Of a stretch of 64,000 nucleotides of DNA, positions 1-14,010 are shown piece by piece. A program made the position numbers and the translations under genes. The stretch is from the human T2T-CHM13v2.0 reference genome, Homo sapiens. The stretch lies in the NCBI RefSeq assembly GCF_009914755.1, contig NC_060932.1; one strand, given 5' to 3'. A model generated the notes under the pieces. The model did no database searches. It saw only the letters and a list, made by a program, of their open reading frames with translations, and was not told the DNA's origin. Numbering within the stretch: position 1 is the first letter of the stretch; the number at the start of each line of letters is the position of its first letter.

Positions 1-470
1 TTTTGTTTGTGAATCCATAAGATCCTTAACAGATATGATTCTCAAGTATTTTCTTTCACTCAATAGGCTTTTTTAAAACTTTCTTGATGATGTCTGTTCA
101 CGTGCAGACATTTCAAATTTTGATAGTCATTAATCTTTTTTTGCAGTCACAAAGATTTATGTCTATGCTTTCTTCTAAAAATTTTATAGTTTTAGCTCTT
201 ATATTTAGTGATTCTATTTTGAGTTAATTTTAGATACAGCATATGCCAGGAGTCTATTTTTATTCTTTTGCATGTAGATACCTAGTTTTCCCAGCACCAT
301 TTGTGGAAAAGACTATTCTTTTAAATAAATTAATATTCTTTTTTAAGTGTTGTTCTTTTTGGCACCCTTGTTGAAAATCAATTGACCATAAATGTGAGTT
401 TATTTTTGGATTCTCAATTCTAATATGTTGATTTATGTCTACTGTTATGCCATTACCAAAGCAAATTTTA
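1..470 (-). mobile_element. Old L1 (L1M-type) ORF2 3' fragment
   Basis: T-rich sequence with L1 antisense motifs (cccagcaccatttgtggaaaagact, aaaatcaattgaccata). ORF 260..484 gives RIENPKINSH, resembling L1 ORF2p RIENPEINPH. Confidence 0.8.
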
Positions 471-589
471 GAATTGTTTTCCAATCGTGTTACTTATTAT
501 TACCAATTGCCTAAAGTAAGAATAGAAATTCAAGTACTAGGTAGCCTTTAACTTCACTGTTTGCTTCTTGAAGGAACATGTGGTCAGCT

Positions 590-1325
590 TATATTATGGT
601 AACTTCATGCTTAACCTTTTGAGGAGCTGCCAGTTTGTTTTCCAAAGTGGCTGCACCACTTTACATTTCCAGCAGCATTGTATAAGGGCTTTAATTTCTT
701 TACATTTTTGCTAATATTTATATTTTCCTAATGACTAATTACATTAAGCATCGATTAATGTGCTTATATCCATCTTTTCTTCTTTGCAAAATTTCTATTC
801 AAAATCTTTGCCCATTTTTAATTGGGTCATCTTTTTATTTATGAATTGAAAGGGTTCTTTATATATCCTAGATATAAGTCCCTTATCAGATATATGCTTT
901 CCAAATATTTTCTTCTACTCGTTGACTTGACTTTTCACTTTCTTGACTGTTTTCTCACACACAGAATTTTTCAGTTTTGAAGTCCATTGAATCCATTTTT
1001 CCTTTGGAGTCAGAGCTAAGAAAACACTGCCAAATGTAGTTACAAAGACTTATGCCAATGTTTTCTTCTGAAAGTTTTAGAGTTTTAGCTGTTACAGTTA
1101 GCTGTTTTATTTTGAGTTAATTATTAAATATGGTATTTAGTGAGAGTCCAACTTTATTATGTTTTTGCATATGGATACCCAGTTGTCCCAGCACCATTTG
1201 TCTAAAAGACTATTCTTTTCCCATTTCATTGTTTTGTTAACCTTGTAAAAAATCAATTGACTGAATACGCAGGTTTATTTTTTAATGATCAGTTCTTTGT
1301 TTATGTCTATTCTTATGCCAGGGCC
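590..1325 (-). mobile_element. Old L1 (L1M-type) ORF2 3' fragment
   Basis: ttttccaaagtggctgcaccactttacatttcc and tcccagcaccatttgtctaaaagact are L1 antisense hallmarks. Confidence 0.8.
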
Positions 1326-2654
1326 AAATTGAATTTAATAAGTTTTTTTCAATCATGTTGCATATTACCAGTTGTCTTATGTCATAATAAATATTAAATA
1401 TAGTGGAACATCTTTAACTTCACCTTCTGCATCTCCAGAGAGTCTGTGGTCAGCTTATACTTTACTTATCCTAAGACATGATGAGAAGTCAGGCTTACAA
1501 GACACAATTCATTTCTTTTTTTTTCCTCCATTCAAGCCTTTAGTCTCTTATCCAGTGCCTCCCTCTATAGTTTCATTTTCAGTAAATTTTGGTCGCAGGA
1601 TCCGCTGACATAGCCTACTATTTAGTGCATTATGTCTTATTAACTCATTATAATTCATAGAATCATCCATAGATGCTTACCATCTAGAAAGGAGAAGTTT
1701 AAGTCTGAGCTGCCAGCTTTCCTCAGTGGAAGTCAAGTGAAGTTATCATCTTTCAATTCGCAGATCCTTTTTCCACCTGGTAGCTGGTTCTCTTGTGTAG
1801 CACTGTGGCTGATCCTTTTCTTGGTGCAGATCCTGCATTCTCAGAAACCACAGTTCCCTGTATTGACCTCGTTTTACTGAAACAGAGATGCACAGCTGTG
1901 CTTTGTAGCTTAGTAGAAGATTCTTGGAGTAAAAAGTTTAACTCATTGCAAGAAAAATATTTAGGAGTGCAGCGCTTAAAAATCTGGTAATGTTCAGGAA
2001 ATTTATCAGTAGTAGATTAGTAATTTGAATTTTAAAATTTCAGAGTCAACTTGTGTGCTATAGAGAAGCGTTGTGGTATAACATAGAGATGGGATGGTCT
2101 TAACTTCTCCATACAAACAAGCTTGAAGTAAGGATGAAGGAGAAATCGCATTTGATTTCTTAACACTCAAGGCACACTACATTTATTTTACTTCTGTGAA
2201 GATTAAAAATAATTCCATCGTGTTCTCCTTGTTTCCCCACTGAGTAAAGGAAAATGAAAATGGAATACTAGATTGATTAATAAATACTCAAAGCTGCTTA
2301 CTTTTAGAATTTTTAGTTAATTGAAATCAGGTAAACTGTCTGATTTTGGTTATTTAACCAAGTAGTTCTAGTTGTTTTTAAAAATCACGTCTTCTTGCTT
2401 TCCAGTCTTATTTCCTAACTTGAGGGGAAATTCTAAGGAGACACCCTTGCCTTGTCATCAGAGTTCATAATTGAAGGGAGTTTTAGGAAAAGTTCATCCT
2501 CAGGAACTTATGTCTCTCTCCCAGTTATCTGCTGCTTCTCAATAATGCTTGTCATCAATAAATTAATCTCAACATTTATTTGATTCTACTTTAAAAGAGA
2601 CTCTTTTCTGCTGTGTAAGTTATGTTTCCTGTTGTCTCTTTTTTAAAATCATTT

Positions 2655-3195
2655 TTTTCTAACAATTACCCAGAGTTTAGTGGCGTAAAAGAGAAACATT
2701 TAAGGCTGGGCACGGTGGCTCATGCTTGTAATCCCAGCACTTTGTGAGGCAGAGGTGGGTGGATCATGAGGTCAGGAGTTCAAGACCAGCCTGGCCAAGA
2801 TGGTGAAACCCCGTCTCTAATAAAAATACTAAAAAAAGAACAACATTTATTTTGCTCATGAATCTGTGGCTTGGAAAAAGCTTGGCCAGGACAGCTTGTC
2901 TCTGCTTCCCTCAGCTTCCCTAGGAACAGCTGAATGACTGGGGAAATGGAATCATCAGATGCTTTGTTCAACCATGTGTTTGATGGTTAATGCTGGCCAT
3001 TGGCTGGAACCTTGGTTTGGGCAGGCAGCATGAACACTGACACTGGCACTCCCAGGCTCTCTTTGTGGCCTGAGCTCTCTCTTAGTCTGGGGGCTGGGTT
3101 TGAAGGGAAAGCAGTTGGAGATAGAGAAGCCACATGGAATCCCTTATTACTGCATTCTTTTCATTAGAAGGAAGTCAGTAAGGTTGGCCCGTATT
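2655..3195 (-). mobile_element. MLT1-type MaLR LTR, interrupted by an Alu left arm
   Basis: acaattacccagagtttagtggc...catttattttgctcatgaatctgtgg resembles the MLT1 terminus; heavily diverged. Confidence 0.55.
2704..2838 (+). mobile_element. Alu, left arm only (AluS-like)
   Basis: ggctgggcacggtggctcatgcttgtaatcccagcac...gaggtcaggagttcaagaccagcctggcc ending in an A-tract; aacattta occurs on both sides. Confidence 0.9.
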
Positions 3196-3227
3196 CTATT
3201 TTTTTAGTGGGATGAATTTATCTTCTC

Positions 3228-4915
3228 TTTTGTTTTTAATTGACATGTATATACAAAATTATGAGTTATAAAGTTATATTTTGATACATGTATATAGTGT
3301 GTATTGATCAAGGTATTACTAGCATATTTATTACCTCAATCATTTTTCAAAAAGTCTTCCAGCTTTTTGAAAATATACAATAAATCATAGTTAAGCATAT
3401 TCACCCTACAATGCTACAGGACGCCAGAACTCATTCCTTTTTTATAACTGTAATTCTGTATCTATTAACCAGCCTCCCCTCCCTTACTTCCTTGAGTTTT
3501 TTGTTGTTGTTAAGAGACAGGGTCTTGCTAGTCTAGTCTGGGCCCTGGGCAACTGCAGTCACTCAGACTAGAGACAATGATTTGATCATAGCTCACTGCA
3601 GCCTCAAACTCTTGGGCTCATATGATCACCCCACCTTAGCCTCCTGAGCAGCCAGGATTACGGGTGTGCACCACTGCACCTGTCTGATTTTTTACTTTGT
3701 AGACATGAGGTCTCATGATGTTGCCCAGGCTGGTCTGGAACTTTTGGCCTCAAGCAGTTCTCCTGCCTTGGTCTTTTAAAGTGCTAGGAAATTGCAGGCA
3801 TGAGCCATGTTGTCCAGCCTTCAATTTTTCTTTAGCTCCCACACATGAGTGAGAATGTGCAGTATTTTTCTTTCTGTGCCTGCACTTAACATTCTCCAGA
3901 CTCATCCACGTGGCAACAAATAACAAGATTTCATTCCTCTATATGTGGAATACTATTCCATTTTGTATGTATACTACATTTTTTGTCCATTTGTTGATGG
4001 ACATATAGGTTGATTCCATACATTAGCTGTTGTAAATAGTGCTACAATAAATGTACGAGTACAGTTATCCTTTTGATCTTTTGTTTTCGATTGGCTGAAT
4101 ACTCAGTAGTGGGTTTGCTGGATCCCTCAGCAGTTCCAATACTAGTTTTTTGAGAAATCCTCATGTTGTTTTCTGTAGTGGCTGCACTAATTTACCTTCC
4201 TATCACCAGCATATAAGAGTTTACTGTTCTCTGAAACCTTACCTGCATTTGTTATTTTTTGTCTTTTCAATGATAGTCATTTATTTGAACTGGAGTGAGA
4301 TTATACCTCGTTGTAGGTTTGATTTGTGTTTCCCTGATGATTAGTGATACTGAGCATTTTTAAATGTATTTATTTGCCATGTGTATTTCTTTTTTTGAAA
4401 AAGAAATGTGTATTCAGATCTTTTGCCTTATTTTGAATTCAGATTTTTTTTAATGTCAAGTGTTTGCGTTCTTGTATATTTTGGATATTAGTCCTTTATT
4501 AGATGAATAGTTTGAAAGTATTTTCTCCCATTCTACAGGTTTTCTGTTTACTCAGTTGTTTTCTGGGCAAAAGCTCTTTAGCTTAATGTGGTACCATTTG
4601 TCTATCATTTGTTTTTTGCCTATGCTTCTGATGTCTTATCCATAAAAATCTTTGTGCAGACTAATGTCCTGAAGCATTTTTCCTATATTTACTGCTAGTA
4701 GTTTGATAATTTTGGGCCTGACATTTAAGTCTTCAATTCATTCTGAGTTTATTTTGGTATTGGTGTTAGATAGGAATCTATTATCATTGTTCTCCATATG
4801 TATATTCAGTTTTCCCAGTGGCATTCATTTGAAGAGGGTGTCCTTTCCCCAATGTATGTTCTTGGCATCTTAGTCCAAAATCAGCTGGCTGTAAATATGT
4901 GGATTTATTTCTGGG
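3228..4915 (-). mobile_element. L1MA-like 3' end, interrupted by an AluJ
   Basis: Antisense L1 3'UTR/ORF2 motifs (catgagtgagaatgtgcag, tgatggacatataggttgattcca, tttccctgatgattagtga). Confidence 0.85.
3497..3818 (-). mobile_element. AluJ-like SINE
   Basis: gagacagggtcttgct...gatcatagctcactgcagcctcaaactcttgggctca; diverged dimeric Alu. Confidence 0.85.
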
Positions 4916-5050
4916 TGGCATGTGCCATAGACTTTACCCCAAGAATCATTACTTCTTAAAATGCAATTCAAATTAGCATAAAACATTTGCATTTTAGGGA
5001 AAGGCTTATGACATTAGAATCCTTATTTACAGGATTCATTATTTTGTCTC

Positions 5051-5332
5051 TTTTTTTTGAGATATGGTCTTTGTCTGTTATCCAGGCAGAAGTGCAGTGG
5101 TGTGGTCATAATTCACTGCAGCCCTGAACTCTGTGTCCAAGCCACCCTTTTGCCTCATTCTCCCAATGAGCTGGATGTACAAGGCATGAATAATTAAAAA
5201 TAATTTTTTTTTGTAGAGATGTGGAGTCTCACTGTGTTTCTGTGGCTGCTCTCAAATTCCTGGCCTCAAGTGATCTTTCTGCCACAGACTCCTAAACTGC
5301 TAGGATTACAGGCATGAGCCACCATGCCTAGC
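5051..5332 (-). mobile_element. AluJ-like SINE
   Basis: ttttgagatatggtct...tttgtagagatg...ggattacaggcatgagcc. Confidence 0.85.
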
Positions 5333-5651
5333 ATAGAGTGTTATATTATTTTCAGTGTCTTATTCTGAGAGCCATTTTTTGACTTTGGCCTAAATATCTT
5401 AATATGATATCTCTGAAACTTTTTTTGACAAATTATGGGGAATGATGATGAGGGAAGAGGTTTATAAACTTTCTCCTAAGAGATAACTTAGAGCCATTTA
5501 AGGAGGAACAAAAAGAAACAATCAGAATAATAAAAGATCAAGTGCAAAATTTCTGCATCAAAGATGATGATAGTAAAGAATATATTTTTGTGACTCATGG
5601 TGGTCTAATTTTGTTCTTGAATTTCTGAGTAATTTAAGGGTTAACATTTGA

Positions 5652-6074
<423 letters not shown>

Positions 6075-7817
6075 GTTAGTTTTTAAAGTCAGGTAAGTTT
6101 ATCTGTAATGTGCTTTCATTTATTTCACTGCAAATTACATTTTAGATATTATATGTATTGTGTTTACTCTGCCTCTCATAGCAATTTGTAGAGTTCTAGA
6201 AACAGGTGGCATCTGTGTTTTTCTTTTAAATATTTAAATTTCCATCATTATTATAACAAAATTGATCTTTCAGAGTAATGATTCTCACTATAGACTCACT
6301 TGATTGTTAAGACCTGTAGGCATAAGACTATTAGGAAAAGAGAAGATTGTGATTTAGAAATTAAATGATACTTTTGAATTGGTCTTAAGCTACATTGTTC
6401 ATTGTTCAGTTTTTAAAATTATAAATGGATTCTATTACTTTTTAAATGACCAGATTGCATTAATACTAACACTACTAAACATACACTCATAGAAAATGGA
6501 ATAAGCTTATTAATTTGTTTTGAAAGCATAATCTAGTGAGATGCCTTCAGGAGATTAGTAGAAAGTGAATGCTAACTTGACAATATAATTTTGGAAAATA
6601 ATGTCAGTAAATAATCTTACCTTTAAAACGTTAGTCAGGGAGAGGTTCGGTGTCTCCTTCCTCTCTCTCTCTCTCTCTCTTTTGTATGGCTTTTTTTTCC
6701 TGAAAAAATCTCATGTAGTTAACTTGATCTATTAGTTTTTTTCACTAAGTATTTTTGAATCGTTATAATTAATAAAGTGATCTTGTTATAAAATTACTTG
6801 TCAGAATTACCCTAAGTAGAAATATTAATGAGTTTAATTTACTTTTTGGTACATCACAACCTAAACCCAAAGTGTCAAGTACTACTGCTGCTCTGGGTAT
6901 ATCCTGGCCCTCAGGCATGGAACTGTCCTTGATTGTGATCTTTAGTATTATCACTATAGGGCACCTTAAGAAAGACTATTCTGTGTAACATTTTCAAACT
7001 ACAGAAAGGCGTTCTTGTGAAATAGGGAATAATTATTACAGGAATGAAAGGAAGTGTGATTCACTAAGTGGTTTCAAAATAACACCTTGTTCAGCCTGAA
7101 GGGGTGTGTGGAAGACAGAAAGAAAAAACCCCATCTCCAGTGCCTTGGTCACAATGTTAGGGGCTAATTGTCTTCAGAGATGCTTTAGTTCTTTTTGATC
7201 ACCAACCAAGCCATCTACTTCTCTACTATGAGTTGTTGCTCAGAATTATTCATCATTGCCAAATGCTTAATTGTTCCTAGATAATGGGTGAAATGTACAA
7301 GGGTGAAACCTGAAACTGGTTTACTAAGCACAAGTATTTCTAGCGGTTTTTTTTTTTGGTTCATTTTAGATTTCTTAAATGTATATTATTTAAGGAGTAC
7401 AACAAGCCGTTTTGATATAACTATTTATAGTGAATTGGTTCTTATAGTCAAACAACTTAACATATTCATTTTGTCACATAGTTACCCTTTAAATACAAGT
7501 ATTTCTAATAGAATCTTCCAAATCTTACAAGTAGAGTCATTTTAGAAAGCAGCAAGTGTTACCTGTTCAGCCCCACATTACTGATAGCCATTTCTCTTCC
7601 CTCTCTACTTTGTTTGAATTGCTTATTCAGTAGAAATCACCCTAGAAACACATGTACTTCTTTTGAACGACTTTAAAATTATAATTGGTTACAACAGATA
7701 TGCTCTCACACATCTTCGGTGAGAAAACACTTTAGTGGGTAATTTGGTTTACTCTCTCAGCAACTTTTAAAAAAGTGGAAGTCATTAAGACTCACTTAAG
7801 GAAAAATGAAATACTAA

Positions 7818-8102
<285 letters not shown>

Positions 8103-8614
8103 TGAGTTGTTCAGTTGACCTATGCATGTTAAGTAAAGATTATAGTTAGCCATATTAACACAGAAAGGAAATGGGAACTTTACTTTTTTTTAAATTCCCC
8201 AGAGCTCTAATTTTCAAGAGACACCCATTTGCTAACTTTATTCAGTAAATGTAAATAAACTGACACATTTCAACTTTCTTTAAAGGCTGCACTTAAGTTA
8301 GATTTTAGAAATTGCATGTTATTGCCTAATAACTGAAGGTATATTTTGAGATGCTTTGGCTTACGCTCTAATTGATTGTAGTTTGGCTGTGGTTCATGCC
8401 ACTTTTAAGGTTTCTTTGTACCATCTCAACTCTTCCCACCCATACTCACAAAGGAATGATTGGCATCCAAACACTTAATCACACATGGGTATTTACTATT
8501 TAATAGAATCCAAAATAAGTGCATTTTATGAATTAAATAAACATAAAATACTAAAAGATTCATTTCCATTTTTATTTTAAAAGCCTTGTGCTCTTCTTAC
8601 ATAAGAGTACATCC

Positions 8615-9745
8615 TCTGACTATAAAAATCCTGGAAGTAAACCTAGGAAATATTCTTCTGGCCATAGTGGTTGGCAATGAATATATGGCTAAGTCCTGAA
8701 AAGCAATTGCAAGGATAACAAAAATTGACAAGTGTGATCAAATTAAACTAAAGAGCTTCTACACAGCAAAAGAAACTATCAAGGGATTGAACAGACAGCC
8801 TACAGAATGGAAGAAAATATTCACAAACTATGCATACAGCAAAGGCCTATTATCCAGAATCCATAAGGGACCTAAACAAATATACAAACAAAAAATAACT
8901 CCATTAAAAAATGAGCAAAGGACATGAACAGACACTTTTCAAAAGAACACATATAAGTAGCCAACAAACATATTAACAATTGCTTATCACTAATCATCAG
9001 AGAAATGCAAAACAAAACAACAAGATACCATCTCACACCAATCAGAATGAATATTGTTAAAAAGTAAAAAAAAACTGGTGTTGGGAGGATTGGAGAAAAG
9101 GGAACAATTACACACTGTTGGTGGCAATAAAAAATTAGTTCAGCTGCTATGGAGAGCAGTTTGGAAATTAAGAACTAAGAATGATCATTGGATGCAGCAA
9201 CCCCATTTCTATGCTGGGGGTATACCTAAAGGAAAAGAAATCATCGTAACAAAAAGATGCATGCACATGTATGTTCCTTGCAGTACTATTCACAATAGCA
9301 AAGACATGGAGTCAACCAAGGTGCATCCAAGGTAGACTGAAAATCCAAAGTAGATTGGAAAATTTCACATACACCATGGATTACTATGCAGCCATAGAAA
9401 CAACAAAATCATGTCCAACATGGATACAACTGGAATCCATTATCCTAAGCAAACTATCATAGAAACAGAAAACCAAATATCTCATGTTCTTACTCATAAT
9501 GTGGGAGATAGGCATTGGGTTCACACTGTCATAAACATGGGAATAGTAGACACTGGGAAATAAGAACGGGGAGGGACAGAGTAGGCCAGGGTTGAAAAAC
9601 TACTTATTGGATCCTATGCTCACTACATGGGTGACGGGTTCAGTTGGACCCCAAACCTCAGCATTCCTCAATATACCTTTGGAAGAAACCTACACAGGTA
9701 CCACCTTGATTTAGAATACAATCTAGAAAAAATTTACTATAAAAA
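8615..9745 (+). mobile_element. L1PB / old L1PA 3' end, 5'-truncated
   Basis: aaactaaagagcttctacacagcaaaagaaactatc, gataccatctcacaccaatcagaatg, 3'UTR and A-rich tail near 9720-9745. Confidence 0.9.
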
Positions 9746-10185
9746 AGGTTACTGTAAGTGGAGAATAGAAATTTCTTTTTAAGGAAAAGTTTACTGAAGT
9801 AAAAAATGGATTGAACTTTTATAAAGGGCAGAATTTTGCTAAGAGTTTTGAAGCAATGTATTCATTGCAAAACATGACTTTAATTGTTTAACCTTTGTAC
9901 TAATAAAACACCACCTTTTTAAAATTATTTATATACAATAGACCAATATTAATTTTATTGTTATCAGATAAATCTAAACAGCATTACACAGATATATCCT
10001 CTATTATCTAAACTTAAAATAAGTAGAAATTTTATTTTATTTATGTGATTATTTTTCTATTTAAACAAGTGTTCAAGTTATGTGTAGTCACTAAATATAC
10101 TAAAGGCCACATTTTGTAAGTGATATATTATTCTCACGATAATGTCTCTTGTTTAACTTAAACATTATTATTATTTTTACTTGAG

Positions 10186-10257
10186 ATGGAGTTGGACTGT
10201 GTAGAACAAATAATTAGAGAAACAAAGAAAAGTATGTTGCCAAAATTTATTAATTAA
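10186..10257 (+). pseudogene. ANKRD18B-like terminal coding segment
   Basis: Translates as MELDCVEQIIRETKKSMLPKFIN*, near-identical to the ANKRD18B C-terminus as I recall it; internal gtatgt donor. Confidence 0.75.
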
Positions 10258-10719
10258 ATTTAGACTTATTTTAGAAATAAACTGTATATAGCAAATGGCA
10301 TTCCTTTTCATTGTTGGGTTAGTAGATACTATGTTATTCTTTTCTTACATACATCTAATGACAGATGTGAAAACAAAAACTTTCACAATGAAGAGTATAC
10401 TTATGCACCATTAATTCATCATGTTCCATAGCTTAAAAAATTCCCAAGAAGTCTATGCATCCCTTTTTTACTGGCTCTACACTTTATTCACTTTTGCCAT
10501 TCTCATGGAACTGTCAGCCAGCACACTCAAACAATTCTCAGCAAACAAAGGCATCATCAGGTTCTCAGGGTTCCGGTAGAGACTTAAGACCAACAGACCT
10601 CATGCTCATTTAGAAATACTCAGCTGAGCCATAACCATTCATAAGCAGTCACTTGACAGGTGACATTTTAAATTTTCTGTCATTTACTTTGTCATTGGCT
10701 TACTTTTGTTCTCAGGAAA

Positions 10720-11197
10720 AGTTCTAAATTTTTCACCATGGAATAAAAACACCTACATCAATGTGATTCTTGTCAAGTTACTCAGCCTTGTCTCTAGCCA
10801 CTTACCACACTCTGCCCTTTGCTCTAGCACCAAACTGGATGGAGTGGAACTCCACAGGGTTCTTCCTCACCTCAGGCTCTTTGCCTTCATCTCTTCCCTC
10901 TATCTGGCAATCTTTTCCTCGTCCTTCAGGCATCAACCTACCTATCTTCTCCACCAGAAAGCCTATGATATTGACACAAAACTGGGATAGATGACTCTTC
11001 TGTGTGTTCCAGTAGTACCCTGCTATATACCTGTCATGGCATCTATGACTCTATGTGGACATTGCCTGCCTGTCTGTTTTTTCAGATTACAGCATATGAT
11101 TGTTGAGAGGTGGACCATACTATCTTCATCTTGTAATTCCAGTGCTGGTTCTAGTACCTTAGCACATGGCTGTTGAGTATGTGAATGAAGAATAAAA
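10720..11197 (+). mobile_element. L2 3' fragment
   Basis: Pyrimidine-rich L2 3' pattern ending in ctagtaccttagcacatgg...tgttgagtatgtgaatgaa. Confidence 0.6.
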
Positions 11198-11331
11198 AGC
11201 TCTCATATTTAACCACAATTGTAATTAATTCCATGTGTAAATACGAGCAAATTCTATTTAATAGTAATTTTGTATTATAATTGTACATACATATTTCTCA
11301 TTCTTATTAACCCTGATAAAGTTCTGAACTC

Positions 11332-11637
11332 TTTATTTATTTATTTATTTATTTTGAGATGGAGTTTTGCTCTTTTTGTCTAGGCTAGAGTGCAATGGTA
11401 TGATCTCAGTTCACCGCAACCTCCTCCTCCCAGGTTCAAATGATTCTCCTGCCTAAGCCCTACGAGTAGCTGGGATTACAGGAATGTGCCACCATGCCTG
11501 GCTAATTTTGTATTTTTAGTAGAGATGGGGTTTCTGCATGTTGGTCAGACTGGTTTCGAACTCCTAACCTCAGGTGATCTGCCCACCTCAGCCTCCCCAA
11601 GTGTGGGGATTACAGGTGTGAGTGACTGCACCTGGCC
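11332..11637 (-). mobile_element. AluS SINE
   Basis: Full dimeric Alu with (TTTA)n tail; TSD aactcttta on both sides. Confidence 0.95.
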
Positions 11638-12225
11638 AACTCTTTAGTTTTTAAACTTACACATAGTTAACTGAAATGTTTTAGGTAAAGAACATAATTC
11701 TTTATTTTTCTTTCCAGCTTTTGCTGTGTTGGACATTTTCTCCCATCTGGTTTCTTCTTTAGAATCCACTGATGAGCAACAACTAATGAAGAGAATATCT
11801 AAACCATAAAATCTTAAGGAAAAAGTTTATGATTTAAAAGACCTAAAACATCTTAAAACTTTATTACTGATCTGTGTACATGACATTTTAATTGTTTCTC
11901 ATAAAATATGTAACATCATGATCTTCACTAAAGTAGAATATGTTTGTATCATATGTGTGATGAAAATGTATATGGTATTTTAAATGATTTTTTAGCCTCT
12001 TTAAGTTTTAAGTTGATCTTGTAAATGAAAACCAGTATTGTTGAGTTTGACATACTCAAATTGCCCAGATTTCAGCTGTTTAAACAGCCAAACAATCAAG
12101 TCATCATTGATACTTCAGTAGAGGTCATTGATGGCTTATTGGCATTTTATAGCTTTTACTACTATATATAATAGGAGACTTGAGGAGTACCAGCCTGGTA
12201 TGTTCGTGCTAATGTTACTATTTCC

Positions 12226-12490
12226 TTTTTTTCTTTTTTTGAGATGAAGTTTTGCTCTTGTCACCCAGGCTGGAGTGTAATGGCGTGATCTCGGTCACTG
12301 CAACCTCTGCCTCCTGAGTTCAAGTGACTCTCCTGCCTTAGCCTCCCGAGTAGCTGAGGTTACAAGCACCTGCCACCACACCCAGCTAATTTTTTTTTTT
12401 TATTTTTAGTAGAGACGGGGTTTCATCATATTGGCCAGGCTGGTGTCGAACTGACTTCATGTGATCCACCCACCTCAGCCTCCCAGAGTG
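12226..12490 (-). mobile_element. AluS SINE, slightly 5'-truncated
   Basis: Alu body ending at cccagagtg; TSD tgttactatttccttttt on both sides. Confidence 0.95.
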
Positions 12491-13454
12491 TTACTATTTC
12501 CTTTTTGTAGTTCAACAGTATTTTGTGTGGAGATATTTTGAGGCTCTGTAAATATCTGGTTGCTCCTCAAAACCCACTAGATTTAGCATTTCATGGATGA
12601 CTTGTGTTTGAGCAATTATTACCGTAATGATTGCCAAATGATTACTTTCTTATTCTCTCCTTTGTTCTACATGGAGAAATAAAACCAATACATAACCGAG
12701 AAGGGAAAGCTCGTGATTCTGGTCCTCAAATGCCCCAAGATTAGGCCAGTGGTAGACATTTCAAGCTCCCTTCATCTCTTTTTTATTTGTCCCCATTAGT
12801 CTGTCAGCACTTTTTTACTTTCTGGCACAAGATGCTCCAAGCTTATCTTGTATTTTCTCTGCCCCAGCCCTGGAATGAGTGATTGTTCTTAGAAGCAGAG
12901 GTGGAGCCACCGAGGAAGCACAGGATGAGCATTCCGCAGCTTGCACTTACTGGTCCCCAGTAGGAAGAACCACTGCTGCATCCACTGAGGTACCAAGAAA
13001 GTAGCAAAGAGCCTTCTGACTGTCTGGGGACAGTCCTCATGTGGTCCTTGGCTCAGCCTGAAAGGTTCTGGATTAGTCTCCTTGAAGCCCCTGTGATTTG
13101 TCTCTAGACCTGTGCTCTGCAGGAAGGGCCCTGAGAGACCAAGCAGCACAGGGTGTCTCATCTGCCAAATGTCCCTCCCTTCCTCCCACTCTGAGACTCA
13201 GGAATAGGCTAGATGATGTGTTCAGGCAGTGCCAGGCCACCTCACTGTCTCCTTTGAGATGGGCCCAGAGGACCTTGGGGGGTGAGTGAGAAGCTGGGCA
13301 CATGGAGCCTGAGGCTGACTGTCCCTCCCTGTGTCTTGGAGGAAAGGCCTTGTCCCAAGAAGACCCACAGGGCCTGATCTGTGGGCACACATGCAGGGAG
13401 GGATGGTCTGTGGGCTGACTGGGACATTGGAATGAGACTTTGAGCACTGCTGCT

Positions 13455-14010
13455 CAGGGGCCTGGTCAGTGGCCCATGGTCAGTGATGACCTGGTCATCA
13501 GGACCTGGCCAGTTGGGGCAGGATCAGGGACCTCGTTAGTGGTGGCCTCCTCAGTGAAGGCCTCATCAATGGGGACCTGAAGACCTAGTCATTGGAAGAC
13601 TGGTTAGTGGTGACCTGGTCAGTGGTGGCCTTATTAGTGGGGCCTGGTCAGTTGGAACATAAACAAGGAAAAAGTAGTTGGTGGGATCTGTATACTTGGG
13701 GTCTGGTCAGTTGGGGCCTTAATGGGCTGGGACCTGGTCAGTGGGAGCCTAGTCAGGGGGGCCTAGCCAGCTAGGGACTAATTCATGGAGAATTGTTTAG
13801 TGGGATTCGGGTGAGCAGCAACCAGGTAAATTGTGGTCTTCTCAGTGGGGGCCTGGTCAGAGGAAAATTGGTCAGTGGAGTCTGGTCCATGGGGCCTATT
13901 AATGGGGGCCTAGTTCGGGAGAGATGGCCAGTGGGTACTTGGTCAATGGGGACCTGGTAAATGGAAGAGTGGACATTAGGAACCTGGCTAGTGGGAACCT
14001 GGCCAGCTGG
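13455..14010 (+). repeat. Degenerate 14-15 bp minisatellite, consensus about GGGGACCTGGTCAGT (copy 1)
   Basis: Many recurrences of cctggtcagtgg variants at a ~15-nt period. Confidence 0.9.

Noticed and set aside
1793-1990. Possible extra ANKRD exon (LVEDSWSKKFNSLQEKY)
   Set aside because: I could not match it to any ANKRD18/26 peptide; no supporting evidence.
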